Source: an uncultured bacterium
GTDB taxonomy: Bacteria > Cloacimonadota > Cloacimonadia > Cloacimonadales > TCS61
NCBI GenBank assembly: GCA_963981005.1
Contig: CAXCCM010000001.1
Location: 1-47,142 of the forward strand
Direction: 5' to 3'
DNA length: 47,142 nucleotides
The notes below the pieces were generated by a model. The model was not told the origin of the DNA and searched no databases. It worked only from the letters and a program-made list of their open reading frames with translations. Position numbers and translations under genes: made by a program. This document shows positions 18,853 to 28,169 of the stretch, one piece after another; the stretch's first letter is position 1, and each line of letters begins with the position of its first letter.

Positions 18853-19110
18853 TTATTCGACAGACTGTTCTTCTTCGTCCTCAAATAACTCGCTATATTG
18901 TTCTTTAAGCTCAGGAATATCCTTTACATAATTTTTCCATGCTTCCATTACCTTATCTACATCAACACATTTGGGGCATAATACCAATGTGTTTTCTGGT
19001 GTAGTTCCAATATAACCTCGGTCATAACAATACCCGCAATTCTTCTTTTTTCTGTTATGAGCCGCAAACTCCTTTGCTTTGTCTAAATGTTTTTCATCAA
19101 GCTTAAACAT
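18853..19110 (-). CDS. Small hypothetical C4 zinc-ribbon protein; first gene of the ileS operon.
   Basis: The cysteines are arranged CGYC-x19-CPKC and the tail is acidic. I prefer ATG 19110 (GAGG, 5 nt, ATG) to the ORF-track GTG at 19116, which overlaps the RBS. Confidence 0.55.
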   Translation of the reverse strand: MFKLDEKHLDKAKEFAAHNRKKKNCGYCYDRGYIGTTPENTLVLCPKCVDVDKVMEAWKNYVKDIPELKEQYSELFEDEEEQSVE

Positions 19111-19132
19111 AATCACCTCAAAAATATTTTTT

Positions 19133-19162
19133 CAAAAATTTTATTATATCTAAATATGTCAA
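19133..19162 (-). promoter_or_regulatory. Candidate promoter for the Zn-ribbon/ileS operon.
   Basis: TTGACA lies on the minus strand at 19162..19157. The downstream A/T-rich segment ends in TTTTTG and there is no strong -10. Confidence 0.3.
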
Positions 19163-19275
19163 TAATATATGAATATGATTGTTATATGAATCAAGCTATA
19201 TTAACAATTGTACAATTTATTTGACTATTAAGGATGATCGTCACTACAAAAAATCCCTTTGTATGGGGAATGGAA

Positions 19276-20595
19276 TTATCTCTCTAAAATAATTATATTC
19301 TCAATATGATATGTATGCGGAAACATATCTACTGGTTGCATCTCTTTTGGCACAAAATCTTTTTCCATGAATAGTTTTACATCTCTAACCTGAGTCATCG
19401 GATCACAACTAATGTAGATAATTTTCTTTATATCGGTTGGGATGCTATCGATAATTCTTTGTTCAAGTCCTTTGCGAGGTGGATCAAAAATTATTGTATC
19501 AATTTTATTAGCTTTAAGAACTTTTTGCAATTCTGTTTCTACATAACCAGCAACAAATTCACAGTTCTCAATTTTATTAAGTTTCGCATTTTCTTTTGCA
19601 TTCTGCACAGCTTTTACATTGTTCTCTATTCCAATTACTTTTGCTGCTTTATCTGCCAGATAAATTCCTATTGAACCTACACCGCAATATGCATCAATAA
19701 CATTCGAATCTTCTGATATATATTGTTTTACAAATTCGTACATTTTCTCAGCTTGTTTTGTATTTACTTGGAAAAATGATTTATAGTTAAGTTTAAATTT
19801 CGTATTTCTTATCTGCTCAATAATATAATCACGTCCAAATAATATCTTTTCATCATCACCAAGAATCACATTTGTTTTCTCTGTATTTATATTCTGTATT
19901 ATTCCAACAATATTTGGATAAGCTTCTAACAAAATTCTTTCAAGTTGTTTTGAGAAAGGTATTTTACGATTTCTGGTTACAAGGATCACAATTATTTCGT
20001 TAGTTTTTTCTGCATATCTGATACCAATATGACGGATGTTCCCTGAGTGATTTCGTTCATTATAAACTTGCATCTTAGAAGCTTCTGTGTATGATATGAT
20101 TTTTCCACAAATATCATCAAAAAGTTGTGGTTGAAGTTTGCAAATATCGTGTGGTATTACATTATGTGATCTACTCTCAAACATACCTGTAATTGGCTTC
20201 CCATCTCTTTTTGCAACTGGGAAAAAACTCTTATTCCTATATGGTTCCTTACCCGAATCTATAATTTCATTGATCTTTCCAACTTCAATATTTTGAAAGA
20301 TTTCTTCAACTATCATTTGCTTATATTTTAATTGATCATCATAGGAAATATTGAGCCAGTCACAGCCTCCACACTTTCCAAAAACTTCACAATCTGCATC
20401 AATTCTTTTGGATGATTTGCTAACTATTTTTTCAATTTTTCCAAAACTTACCTGTCTTCTTGTGCTTAATACCTGCACATCAACAACATCACCAGGAACA
20501 GCATTGGAAACAAAAACAGCATTTGAATTTTCAAAGCCTAGTCCAAGACCTTTATATACAAGTTTTTCAATTCTAAGTTCTTTTATAATTTTCAT
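19276..20595 (-). CDS. rlmD: 23S rRNA (uracil-5)-methyltransferase, RlmD/RumA family (TRAM + [4Fe-4S] + SAM MTase).
   Basis: It has a TRAM-like N-terminus, the cluster motif CEVFGKCGGCDW, and a SAM fold (DAYCGVGSIG). I place the start at ATG 20595, which forms an ATGA overlap with the upstream stop. The ORF-track start at 20634 would overlap the upstream gene by 43 nt. Confidence 0.8.
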   Translation of the reverse strand: MKIIKELRIEKLVYKGLGLGFENSNAVFVSNAVPGDVVDVQVLSTRRQVSFGKIEKIVSKSSKRIDADCEVFGKCGGCDWLNISYDDQLKYKQMIVEEIFQNIEVGKINEIIDSGKEPYRNKSFFPVAKRDGKPITGMFESRSHNVIPHDICKLQPQLFDDICGKIISYTEASKMQVYNERNHSGNIRHIGIRYAEKTNEIIVILVTRNRKIPFSKQLERILLEAYPNIVGIIQNINTEKTNVILGDDEKILFGRDYIIEQIRNTKFKLNYKSFFQVNTKQAEKMYEFVKQYISEDSNVIDAYCGVGSIGIYLADKAAKVIGIENNVKAVQNAKENAKLNKIENCEFVAGYVETELQKVLKANKIDTIIFDPPRKGLEQRIIDSIPTDIKKIIYISCDPMTQVRDVKLFMEKDFVPKEMQPVDMFPHTYHIENIIILER

Positions 20596-21308
20596 TTGAT
20601 CCTTTTTTTTAATTGATAATATTTTAATTTCCAAACAACAATTATAGCTTCACGAACTATCTTTTTAGACATTTTAGATTGCCCAACTCGCCTATCAGTA
20701 AAAACAATTGAAAGCTCTTTAATTCTAAATTTTTTAACCCATGTTCTAAAGTTCATTTCAATTTGGAACGAATAGCCGTCTGAGAGGATATCGTCCAATT
20801 CAATGCTTGCAAGTACTTCCTTTCTAAAGCATTTAAATCCGCCTGTTGGATCATTAATTCTCATTCCTGTTATAACTTTAGCATATTGTGCTGCAAAGAA
20901 ACTAAGTATCAATCTACGCAGAGGCCAATTTACAACATTGATACCCTTTAAATATCTTGAACCAATCACCAAATCAGCATTTTCTATTTCATCCAACATT
21001 CTTGGAATATCATCAGGATCGTGTGAGAAATCTGCATCCATCTCGAAGATATAATCATAATCCTTATCAAGTGCAAATTTAAATCCAGCTACATAAGCCG
21101 AACCAAGTCCCATTTTTCCTTCACGTTCTAATAAATGAATTCTTTTGTTTTTCTTTTGTTTTTCTTTTACAATGTTGGAAGTCCCGTCAGGTGAATTATC
21201 ATCAACGATAAGAACATCGATGCTCTTCTTCTGCTTTAGTGCGGCATCTATGATTGCTGAAACATTTTCAGCTTCATTATATGTTGGTATTATAACTAAT
21301 GTTTTCAT
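20592..21308 (-). CDS. GT2 polyprenol-phosphate mannosyltransferase-like glycosyltransferase (Dpm1/Ppm1 family).
   Basis: The motifs are IIPTYNEAENV, VDDNSPDGT, EMDADFSH and GSRY. It has ATGA overlaps with both neighbouring genes. Confidence 0.8.
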   Translation of the reverse strand: MKTLVIIPTYNEAENVSAIIDAALKQKKSIDVLIVDDNSPDGTSNIVKEKQKKNKRIHLLEREGKMGLGSAYVAGFKFALDKDYDYIFEMDADFSHDPDDIPRMLDEIENADLVIGSRYLKGINVVNWPLRRLILSFFAAQYAKVITGMRINDPTGGFKCFRKEVLASIELDDILSDGYSFQIEMNFRTWVKKFRIKELSIVFTDRRVGQSKMSKKIVREAIIVVWKLKYYQLKKRIK

Positions 21309-22060
21309 TTTTTATCCAAATTATTCTTTAATAATTGTGCATCTTTAACTTTTGATTTTAATTTCGCAGGTCTTCCCATCCAAATTTCACTTGATGGCAC
21401 ATCTTTTGTTACAAGGCTTCCTGCTGCAATCATACTATCTTCATTAATTGTTTTTCCCGGCATGATTGTAGAATTAACACCAATACGACTTCCCTTTTTC
21501 ATCGTAATACCTTTGAAGTGATTAAAACGTTCTTTATCTCGAGCCATGTAGTTATCATTACTGGTTGCAACTGCAGGAGCAACAAAACAATAATCTTCGA
21601 TCTTTGAATATGCAGTTATATAACAGTTAGTTTCTAGTTTGCATCTCTCACCAATTGTCACAAAATTTTCTATTGATACATTTCTTCCAATAATATTTAG
21701 ATTACCAATAGTTACATTTTCTCTTATAGTGGCTAGATCTGCAATAAGACAGTTACTTCCGATTTCACATTGTACGTAAATTACTACATTTGCCCCAATC
21801 TGACATTGATCACCAATTTTAGAAGGTTTTAAATTTGGATCAACTTTGAAAATGCTGCGAGGTGAGCTTAGAGGTGTTTTCCCAATTATCGTATTATCAT
21901 CAATACGAACATTGTTTCCAATCACGCTTCCTTTGTGAATAACCACATTATGCCCAATCATGCAACCTGTTCCAATAACTACATCATCCAATATCACACA
22001 ATTAAAACCAAGTTTGGTTTCTTCTCCAATTTGTGCTGATCCTGAAATATGTTGGTTCAT
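21305..22060 (-). CDS. Hexapeptide-repeat (left-handed beta-helix) acyl/acetyltransferase.
   Basis: It has many [LIV]G.N..I-type hexapeptide repeats along its 251 aa. The RBS is GGAGGGG. Confidence 0.75.
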   Translation of the reverse strand: MNQHISGSAQIGEETKLGFNCVILDDVVIGTGCMIGHNVVIHKGSVIGNNVRIDDNTIIGKTPLSSPRSIFKVDPNLKPSKIGDQCQIGANVVIYVQCEIGSNCLIADLATIRENVTIGNLNIIGRNVSIENFVTIGERCKLETNCYITAYSKIEDYCFVAPAVATSNDNYMARDKERFNHFKGITMKKGSRIGVNSTIMPGKTINEDSMIAAGSLVTKDVPSSEIWMGRPAKLKSKVKDAQLLKNNLDKK

Positions 22061-22135
22061 TTAACCCCTCCGAATTATAATGAAATCACATTTATAAACA
22101 CTTGATTTGAAGTAAAGATTTTTATGTACTAATTA

Positions 22136-22162
22136 GAAAAAGCCTGCAGAATTCTACAGGCT
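22136..22162 (-). terminator. Intrinsic terminator after gdhA copy 1.
   Basis: AGCCTG-cagaattcta-CAGGCT is followed on the minus strand by TTTTCT. Confidence 0.6.
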
Positions 22163-22188
22163 CTTAATTAATATATTAATTTGCTATT

Positions 22189-23523
22189 TTAAACTACACC
22201 ATGATCAAGCATTGCATTTGCAACTTTCATGAATCCAGCAATATTTGCGCCTTTTACATAATCTACGTAATCACCGCCTTTTCCATAAGTAACACACTGC
22301 TCGTGGATGTCTTTCATAATTCTATGAAGTTTTTCATCAACTTCTGTGCGTGTCCAATTAAAACGAAGACTATTTTGTGACATTTCAAGACCACTTGTAG
22401 CTACCCCACCAGCATTAGCTGCTTTACCTGGAGCATAAAGAATTTTTGCTTCTTGGAATACTTCTACAGCTTCTGGTGTTGAAGGCATATTAGCACCTTC
22501 TGATACACACATGCAGCCATTAGCTATAAGAAGCTTTGCATCATCTTCACCAAGTTCATTCTGTGTAGCACACGGAAGTGCAATATCACATTTAACTTCC
22601 CAAGGACGCTTCCCTTCAAAGAATGGAACATCAAATTCATCTGCATAATCTTTTACAACATCACGATTTGAAGCTCTCATTTCAAGTAAGAAGTCTACTT
22701 TATCGCCAGTTATTCCATCTTCATCATAAATGTATCCATCAGGGCCGGATAGTGTTACAACTTTTCCACCTAAATCATTTACCTTTTGAATAGCACCCCA
22801 AGAAACATTACCGAAACCTGAAACTGTTACGATCTTTCCAGAGAAATTATCACCAATGGTTTTTAACATTTCTTCAGCAAAATAAACATTTCCAAAACCT
22901 GTAGCTTCTGGTCTTATAAGGCTTCCGCCCCAGTTAAGTCCCTTACCTGTGAGAACGCCAACAAATTCATTACGAAGTTTCTTGTACATTCCAAAAAGAA
23001 ATCCGATCTCACGACCGCCAACACCAATATCACCAGCTGGCACATCTGTATTTGCACCTATATGACGGAAAAGTTCAGCCATGAAACTTTGGCAAAATCT
23101 CATGATTTCATTATCTGATTTTCCTTTAGGATCAAAATCTGATCCACCTTTACCACCACCCATTGGAAGTGTAGTCAGACTGTTTTTAAAAATTTGTTCG
23201 AAACCCAAGAATTTAAGTATACTTAATGTTACACTTGGGTGAAAGCGAAGACCACCTTTGTAAGGTCCAATTGCACTGTTAAATTCAATACGATAACCAC
23301 GGTTAACCTGTACTCCACCGTTATCATCCGTCCATGGAACTCTGAACATAATTGTTCTTTCAGGTTCTACGATCCTGTCCATTATTTTTGCTTCTTTGAA
23401 CTTGGGATTTGCCATATAAATATCCCATACCGAATCGACAACTTCCTTTACAGCCTGAAGAAATTCTGGCTGTGCAGGATTTTTTGCAGCAACTTGATCG
23501 ATGAATTTTTGCTTATCCATCAT
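22189..23523 (-). CDS. gdhA: NADP-type glutamate dehydrogenase, copy 1.
   Basis: The protein is 444 aa. It has the catalytic Lys region [18 protein letters not shown] and the dinucleotide fold VSGFGNV. The start may be the second ATG at 23520, which has better spacing from GGAGG. Confidence 0.93.
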   Translation of the reverse strand: MMDKQKFIDQVAAKNPAQPEFLQAVKEVVDSVWDIYMANPKFKEAKIMDRIVEPERTIMFRVPWTDDNGGVQVNRGYRIEFNSAIGPYKGGLRFHPSVTLSILKFLGFEQIFKNSLTTLPMGGGKGGSDFDPKGKSDNEIMRFCQSFMAELFRHIGANTDVPAGDIGVGGREIGFLFGMYKKLRNEFVGVLTGKGLNWGGSLIRPEATGFGNVYFAEEMLKTIGDNFSGKIVTVSGFGNVSWGAIQKVNDLGGKVVTLSGPDGYIYDEDGITGDKVDFLLEMRASNRDVVKDYADEFDVPFFEGKRPWEVKCDIALPCATQNELGEDDAKLLIANGCMCVSEGANMPSTPEAVEVFQEAKILYAPGKAANAGGVATSGLEMSQNSLRFNWTRTEVDEKLHRIMKDIHEQCVTYGKGGDYVDYVKGANIAGFMKVANAMLDHGVV

Positions 23524-23540
23524 ACCCTCCGTTTTTTTTT

Positions 23541-23581
23541 ATTTTATAACGTCAAAAAGATTTTGTAAATATTCTTGTCAA
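23541..23581 (-). promoter_or_regulatory. Candidate sigma70-type promoter for gdhA copy 1.
   Basis: On the minus strand, TTTACA (23569..23564) is followed by 17 nt and then TAAAAT (23546..23541). The RBS lies about 10 nt further on. An additional TTGACA lies at 23581..23576. Confidence 0.5.
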
Positions 23582-23624
23582 TCTTTGTGATATTTATTTA
23601 TTTTATGCTGGCAACCATTTATAT

Positions 23625-23652
23625 AGTTTACATTTACACATAAATGTAAACT
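23625..23652. promoter_or_regulatory. Perfect 12-4-12 inverted repeat upstream of gdhA copy 1; candidate operator or UAS.
   Basis: The sequence is AGTTTACATTTA-caca-TAAATGTAAACT. It lies between the gdhA-2 terminator and the gdhA-1 promoter and has no adjacent T-run. Confidence 0.45.
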
Positions 23653-23697
23653 TTAAATATATTTCTATTTGACTTTAATCGAAATGATTAAGTTACA

Positions 23698-23727
23698 CAA
23701 AAAAAACCCCCGAATTCTCGGGGGTTT
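23698..23727 (-). terminator. Strong intrinsic terminator after gdhA copy 2.
   Basis: AACCCCCGA-attc-TCGGGGGTT is followed on the minus strand by T9. Confidence 0.85.
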
Positions 23728-23749
23728 AATTCAATTTATATGATATTAA

Positions 23750-25102
<1,353 letters not shown>

Positions 25103-25119
25103 TTATTTTCTGGAACTAT

Positions 25120-25163
25120 ATTTTATTGCGTCAACAAACTTTAAAAACAAAACTATATGTCAA
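25120..25163 (-). promoter_or_regulatory. Candidate promoter region for gdhA copy 2.
   Basis: The minus strand has TTGACA (25163..25158) and then TTGACG-ca-ATAAAAT (25134..25120). The same TTGACG-nn-ATAAAAT block lies upstream of copy 1 at 23555..23541. Confidence 0.35.
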
Positions 25164-25191
25164 GTGTTTATATTGGCACTTAAAATTTACA

Positions 25192-28152
25192 CTATTTGAT
25201 TGTTTTAGAAATGACCGCAATTCCTTGTTTCCCATCTATTTGTGTTTTCATTGGCTCTTCTAATTCTACGTGAACAGCATACTCCCCAGATTGTTTTACA
25301 GGTAATGTTTTTAGCCATTGCCAATCAATAAAATCAGAATCTGATGAATGAGAAACAGTAAAGTAGCCAACATTCATTGCAACCAAGTTATGAAAGAAGT
25401 GACTTCCCTGTGAAGCTTCTACTGTAAAATTTTCTTGGCTTGCTTCAACAATTATTTTTGCTTTATTTATTTGTGCCCAACGTACAGGAACACCGAGGAA
25501 TCTATCACTTGTTCCCCACCTGCCTGGTCCTAATAGAATATATTCTCTATCATTCTCATCTAAATAATTATTAATTTTTTCTATCTCAGAAACAATTTTA
25601 AGAGTTTGCGTATTATCAAATTTTTCTGGATCTATAAATACAATATCCTTAATATTTTTTAAAATTCCATTTCCCATTGCTCTTGTTGTAGAAAGTATCA
25701 TTTCATCGCGCCTAATTTTATCTAATTTAATATTAATGTTTTCTTTGTTAACTGATAGTGGCCTAATCTGCAACATATAAAATGTTGGCTTATCGCAAAG
25801 GTTTACAGCAAATTCTATTTCTACTGGAACTCCACTAGCAATTTGCCCAAATTCAAGAATACGTAACAAAATATCAGAAAGTGGAAAGTTCTTATAAAAT
25901 ATGAGATTACGATAAGTTAACATTCTTGGACCACGAATAAATGACCCATCAAGAAACTGGAATCGTTCATAATCCCAAACAGAAGTGATCTCTTTGAATA
26001 CACCTTCTTTATGTGAAGATCTTATCCTCTTTTTTACAACAAAATTATCTTCACTACTCACACTTTTGTTATTTCCTATAGATAGATCAACTCCATAGAA
26101 GTCTCTCTGATTATTCTCAACAATCCCTACAGGTTCCAGTAAATTAACTCTTGGATATTTTGGACAATACCTGAATGCCCGTTCTCCATCTACAACTGCC
26201 TTTCCCAAACCAGCTGCTAATGCCACAATTCCATCTTCATGAGACATATCTTTAGGTGGATAGAAGTTATATGATTGTGCTGCTCCTGCAAAGTGAGGAT
26301 AAAAGAGATCTTCCTTGTCTTTTGAGCCAACTACTTCTTGAATTATTACTGCCATTTTCTCTTCTTCTATCTTAAAATTAATGCTCTCTATATACTTTCT
26401 GGCTCCTTCTAAAAATGGTGATGCTAATACAAGTTTTACTGCATTACATAGTTGTTTTAATCTAATATTATCATCAGTATTATTATTTGGAAGCATATAG
26501 GTTTGGTATATTCCTGCAAAAGGCTGTGATTGTGAATCTTCTAGTAAACCTGAAGATCTTATTGCCAATGGTGTTTTAATATTTTTAATTAGTACCTTTA
26601 GTTTCGAGATCAATTCGGGTGTCAAACTGCCACTCATAAAGAATTCATTTATCTCTTTATCACTACTGTTTAGAATATCATTTGAAACGACTCCGTTCTT
26701 ACTTATAAAAAGATCAAATTCATTCGTACCTATTATAGCAGTTTTTGGAATTTTCACTTTAACGTTATCATAGTCTTTTCCGATATCAACTGTTGTTAGA
26801 AGTGCGTTGAGAAAAGCCAATCCTCTTCCCTTACCACCCAATGAGCCATCTGAGAGTTGGATGATTTTATCTTCTTCAGTAAAGACTGCAGGATTAAAAT
26901 TGATAACTTTCCCACGATTTTGTGACTGCCTTACGTTCCTAATTGTATTAAGTAAATATTGCCTTATCTCTTCTGTAGAATTAAAGTCTGCCTCTGTAAT
27001 TTCTTTTAGTTTTTTGGCAATTCCAAGTTCACTATGAGCCATTAACCATGATGAAAATTGGTTTTTGTTAGTATGATACAATATTGATTCTTCAGAAATT
27101 CTCTCAAGTGTTTTTTCAAGATGATATAGTGTTCTTGCTCTTGCTAACTCAACACCCTCTGAATCAAGGAAAATAAATTCACCAAAACCCAGATTTGTTT
27201 TTAAAAATTCCTTCAGATCTTGATACAGTGTTGGTGAGTATTTATAGATGAACTCCGCATTTAGTTTTTTTACTTCATCTTCTATACTCTCATCAGCAGA
27301 TTGTAATAACAAAGGCATCGAAGGGTTTTCTTCTCTGATAACCTTTATTAGTTTTATGCCACCATGAGTTGCAAAAGTATCATTAATTTTTAAATTAGCA
27401 TTTGATATTACACTTATAATATTTTTTTTGTACTTGTTATAGATTGAAATCGCAGCTTCATAATTATGAGCCATTAATATTTTTGGACGTGCTCGCATCT
27501 TTAATCTTTTATTAATTATCTCGTTCTCTGAATCTATTAATTCTTCGGTAAGCTGCATATTAACAGAATAAATAAGTGGTAGAAAGGTTGAATAATAATC
27601 AATTGAGCTCTCAATAAGAAGAATTATTCTAATATCACCAATTTTTGTGTCGTTTTCAACATTCAAAAGATCTTCGGTTAGTTTGATCATTGCAACAAAT
27701 AACTTTGAATCTCCATTCCAAATAAAAACTTCATCAAAAGGTGACAATATTTCTGGTTTTTGTTCAACTAGTTCAATGTAAGATTTTTTATTTAGTAAAA
27801 GAAGAACAGGAAGATCAGCTCTATATTTTTTAATATAATTGCACAGTCTACCAGGTGTTTCTGCTCCGACTCGCATCATTATAATTACAGCATCAAATTT
27901 TTTATTTTCTAAAACAGAACTTATGTCATCTGTGAAAGATATTGTCGTGATACGTGGAGCCATCATTAAATTAAGTTGTTGATACTCACCAAAAACCTGT
28001 TCTGAAATCCTACTGTCCTGTTCTAATACATAAGCATCATAAATGCTTGAAATAAGCAAGATCTCCTTAATCTCTTTCTTCATTAATCGGTGAAAGATAT
28101 CTTCACCGAACTTAAATTTATTGTAATATTTATTTAAATCTTCTAATTTCAC
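25192..28152 (-). CDS. Receiver-like + receiver-like + PPDK_N-type ATP-grasp protein, paralog 1 (GTG start).
   Basis: The protein is 986 aa. The PPDK_N-like motifs are LGGKGRGLAFLN, IRSSGLLEDSQSQPFAGIYQTY, MAVIIQEVVG and LQIRPL. The N-terminal ~300 aa look like two CheY-like folds. The GTG start at 28152 has GGAG 5 nt upstream and lies 17 nt after the stop of paralog 2. Confidence 0.7.
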   Translation of the reverse strand: MKLEDLNKYYNKFKFGEDIFHRLMKKEIKEILLISSIYDAYVLEQDSRISEQVFGEYQQLNLMMAPRITTISFTDDISSVLENKKFDAVIIMMRVGAETPGRLCNYIKKYRADLPVLLLLNKKSYIELVEQKPEILSPFDEVFIWNGDSKLFVAMIKLTEDLLNVENDTKIGDIRIILLIESSIDYYSTFLPLIYSVNMQLTEELIDSENEIINKRLKMRARPKILMAHNYEAAISIYNKYKKNIISVISNANLKINDTFATHGGIKLIKVIREENPSMPLLLQSADESIEDEVKKLNAEFIYKYSPTLYQDLKEFLKTNLGFGEFIFLDSEGVELARARTLYHLEKTLERISEESILYHTNKNQFSSWLMAHSELGIAKKLKEITEADFNSTEEIRQYLLNTIRNVRQSQNRGKVINFNPAVFTEEDKIIQLSDGSLGGKGRGLAFLNALLTTVDIGKDYDNVKVKIPKTAIIGTNEFDLFISKNGVVSNDILNSSDKEINEFFMSGSLTPELISKLKVLIKNIKTPLAIRSSGLLEDSQSQPFAGIYQTYMLPNNNTDDNIRLKQLCNAVKLVLASPFLEGARKYIESINFKIEEEKMAVIIQEVVGSKDKEDLFYPHFAGAAQSYNFYPPKDMSHEDGIVALAAGLGKAVVDGERAFRYCPKYPRVNLLEPVGIVENNQRDFYGVDLSIGNNKSVSSEDNFVVKKRIRSSHKEGVFKEITSVWDYERFQFLDGSFIRGPRMLTYRNLIFYKNFPLSDILLRILEFGQIASGVPVEIEFAVNLCDKPTFYMLQIRPLSVNKENINIKLDKIRRDEMILSTTRAMGNGILKNIKDIVFIDPEKFDNTQTLKIVSEIEKINNYLDENDREYILLGPGRWGTSDRFLGVPVRWAQINKAKIIVEASQENFTVEASQGSHFFHNLVAMNVGYFTVSHSSDSDFIDWQWLKTLPVKQSGEYAVHVELEEPMKTQIDGKQGIAVISKTIK

Positions 28153-28169
28153 AATTGCTCCACATGATG

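Noticed and set aside
12006-19275. A possible T-box or attenuator leader in front of ileS, trpS or asnS.
   Set aside because: The intergenic gaps before ileS (37 nt), trpS (15 nt) and asnS (13 nt) are far too short for a T-box of about 200 nt or more. No specifier or T-box sequence was seen in the 165-nt region upstream of the operon.
23239-23568. A 109-aa plus-strand ORF overlapping the gdhA-1 5' end and promoter. The same reasoning applies to 18228..18548, 24095..24310 and the other short antisense ORFs in the track.
   Set aside because: All lie antisense to strongly supported genes, lack RBSs, and encode low-complexity I/F/L/K/N-rich peptides.
25171-25187. A sigma54-like TGGCAC-n5 element upstream of gdhA-2, and a similar TGGCAA at about 23606 upstream of gdhA-1.
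   Set aside because: Both are on the plus strand and point away from the minus-strand gdhA genes. The -12 part (ATTTA / TATAT) does not match TTGC. No sigma54-activator domain is seen in the adjacent receiver proteins.
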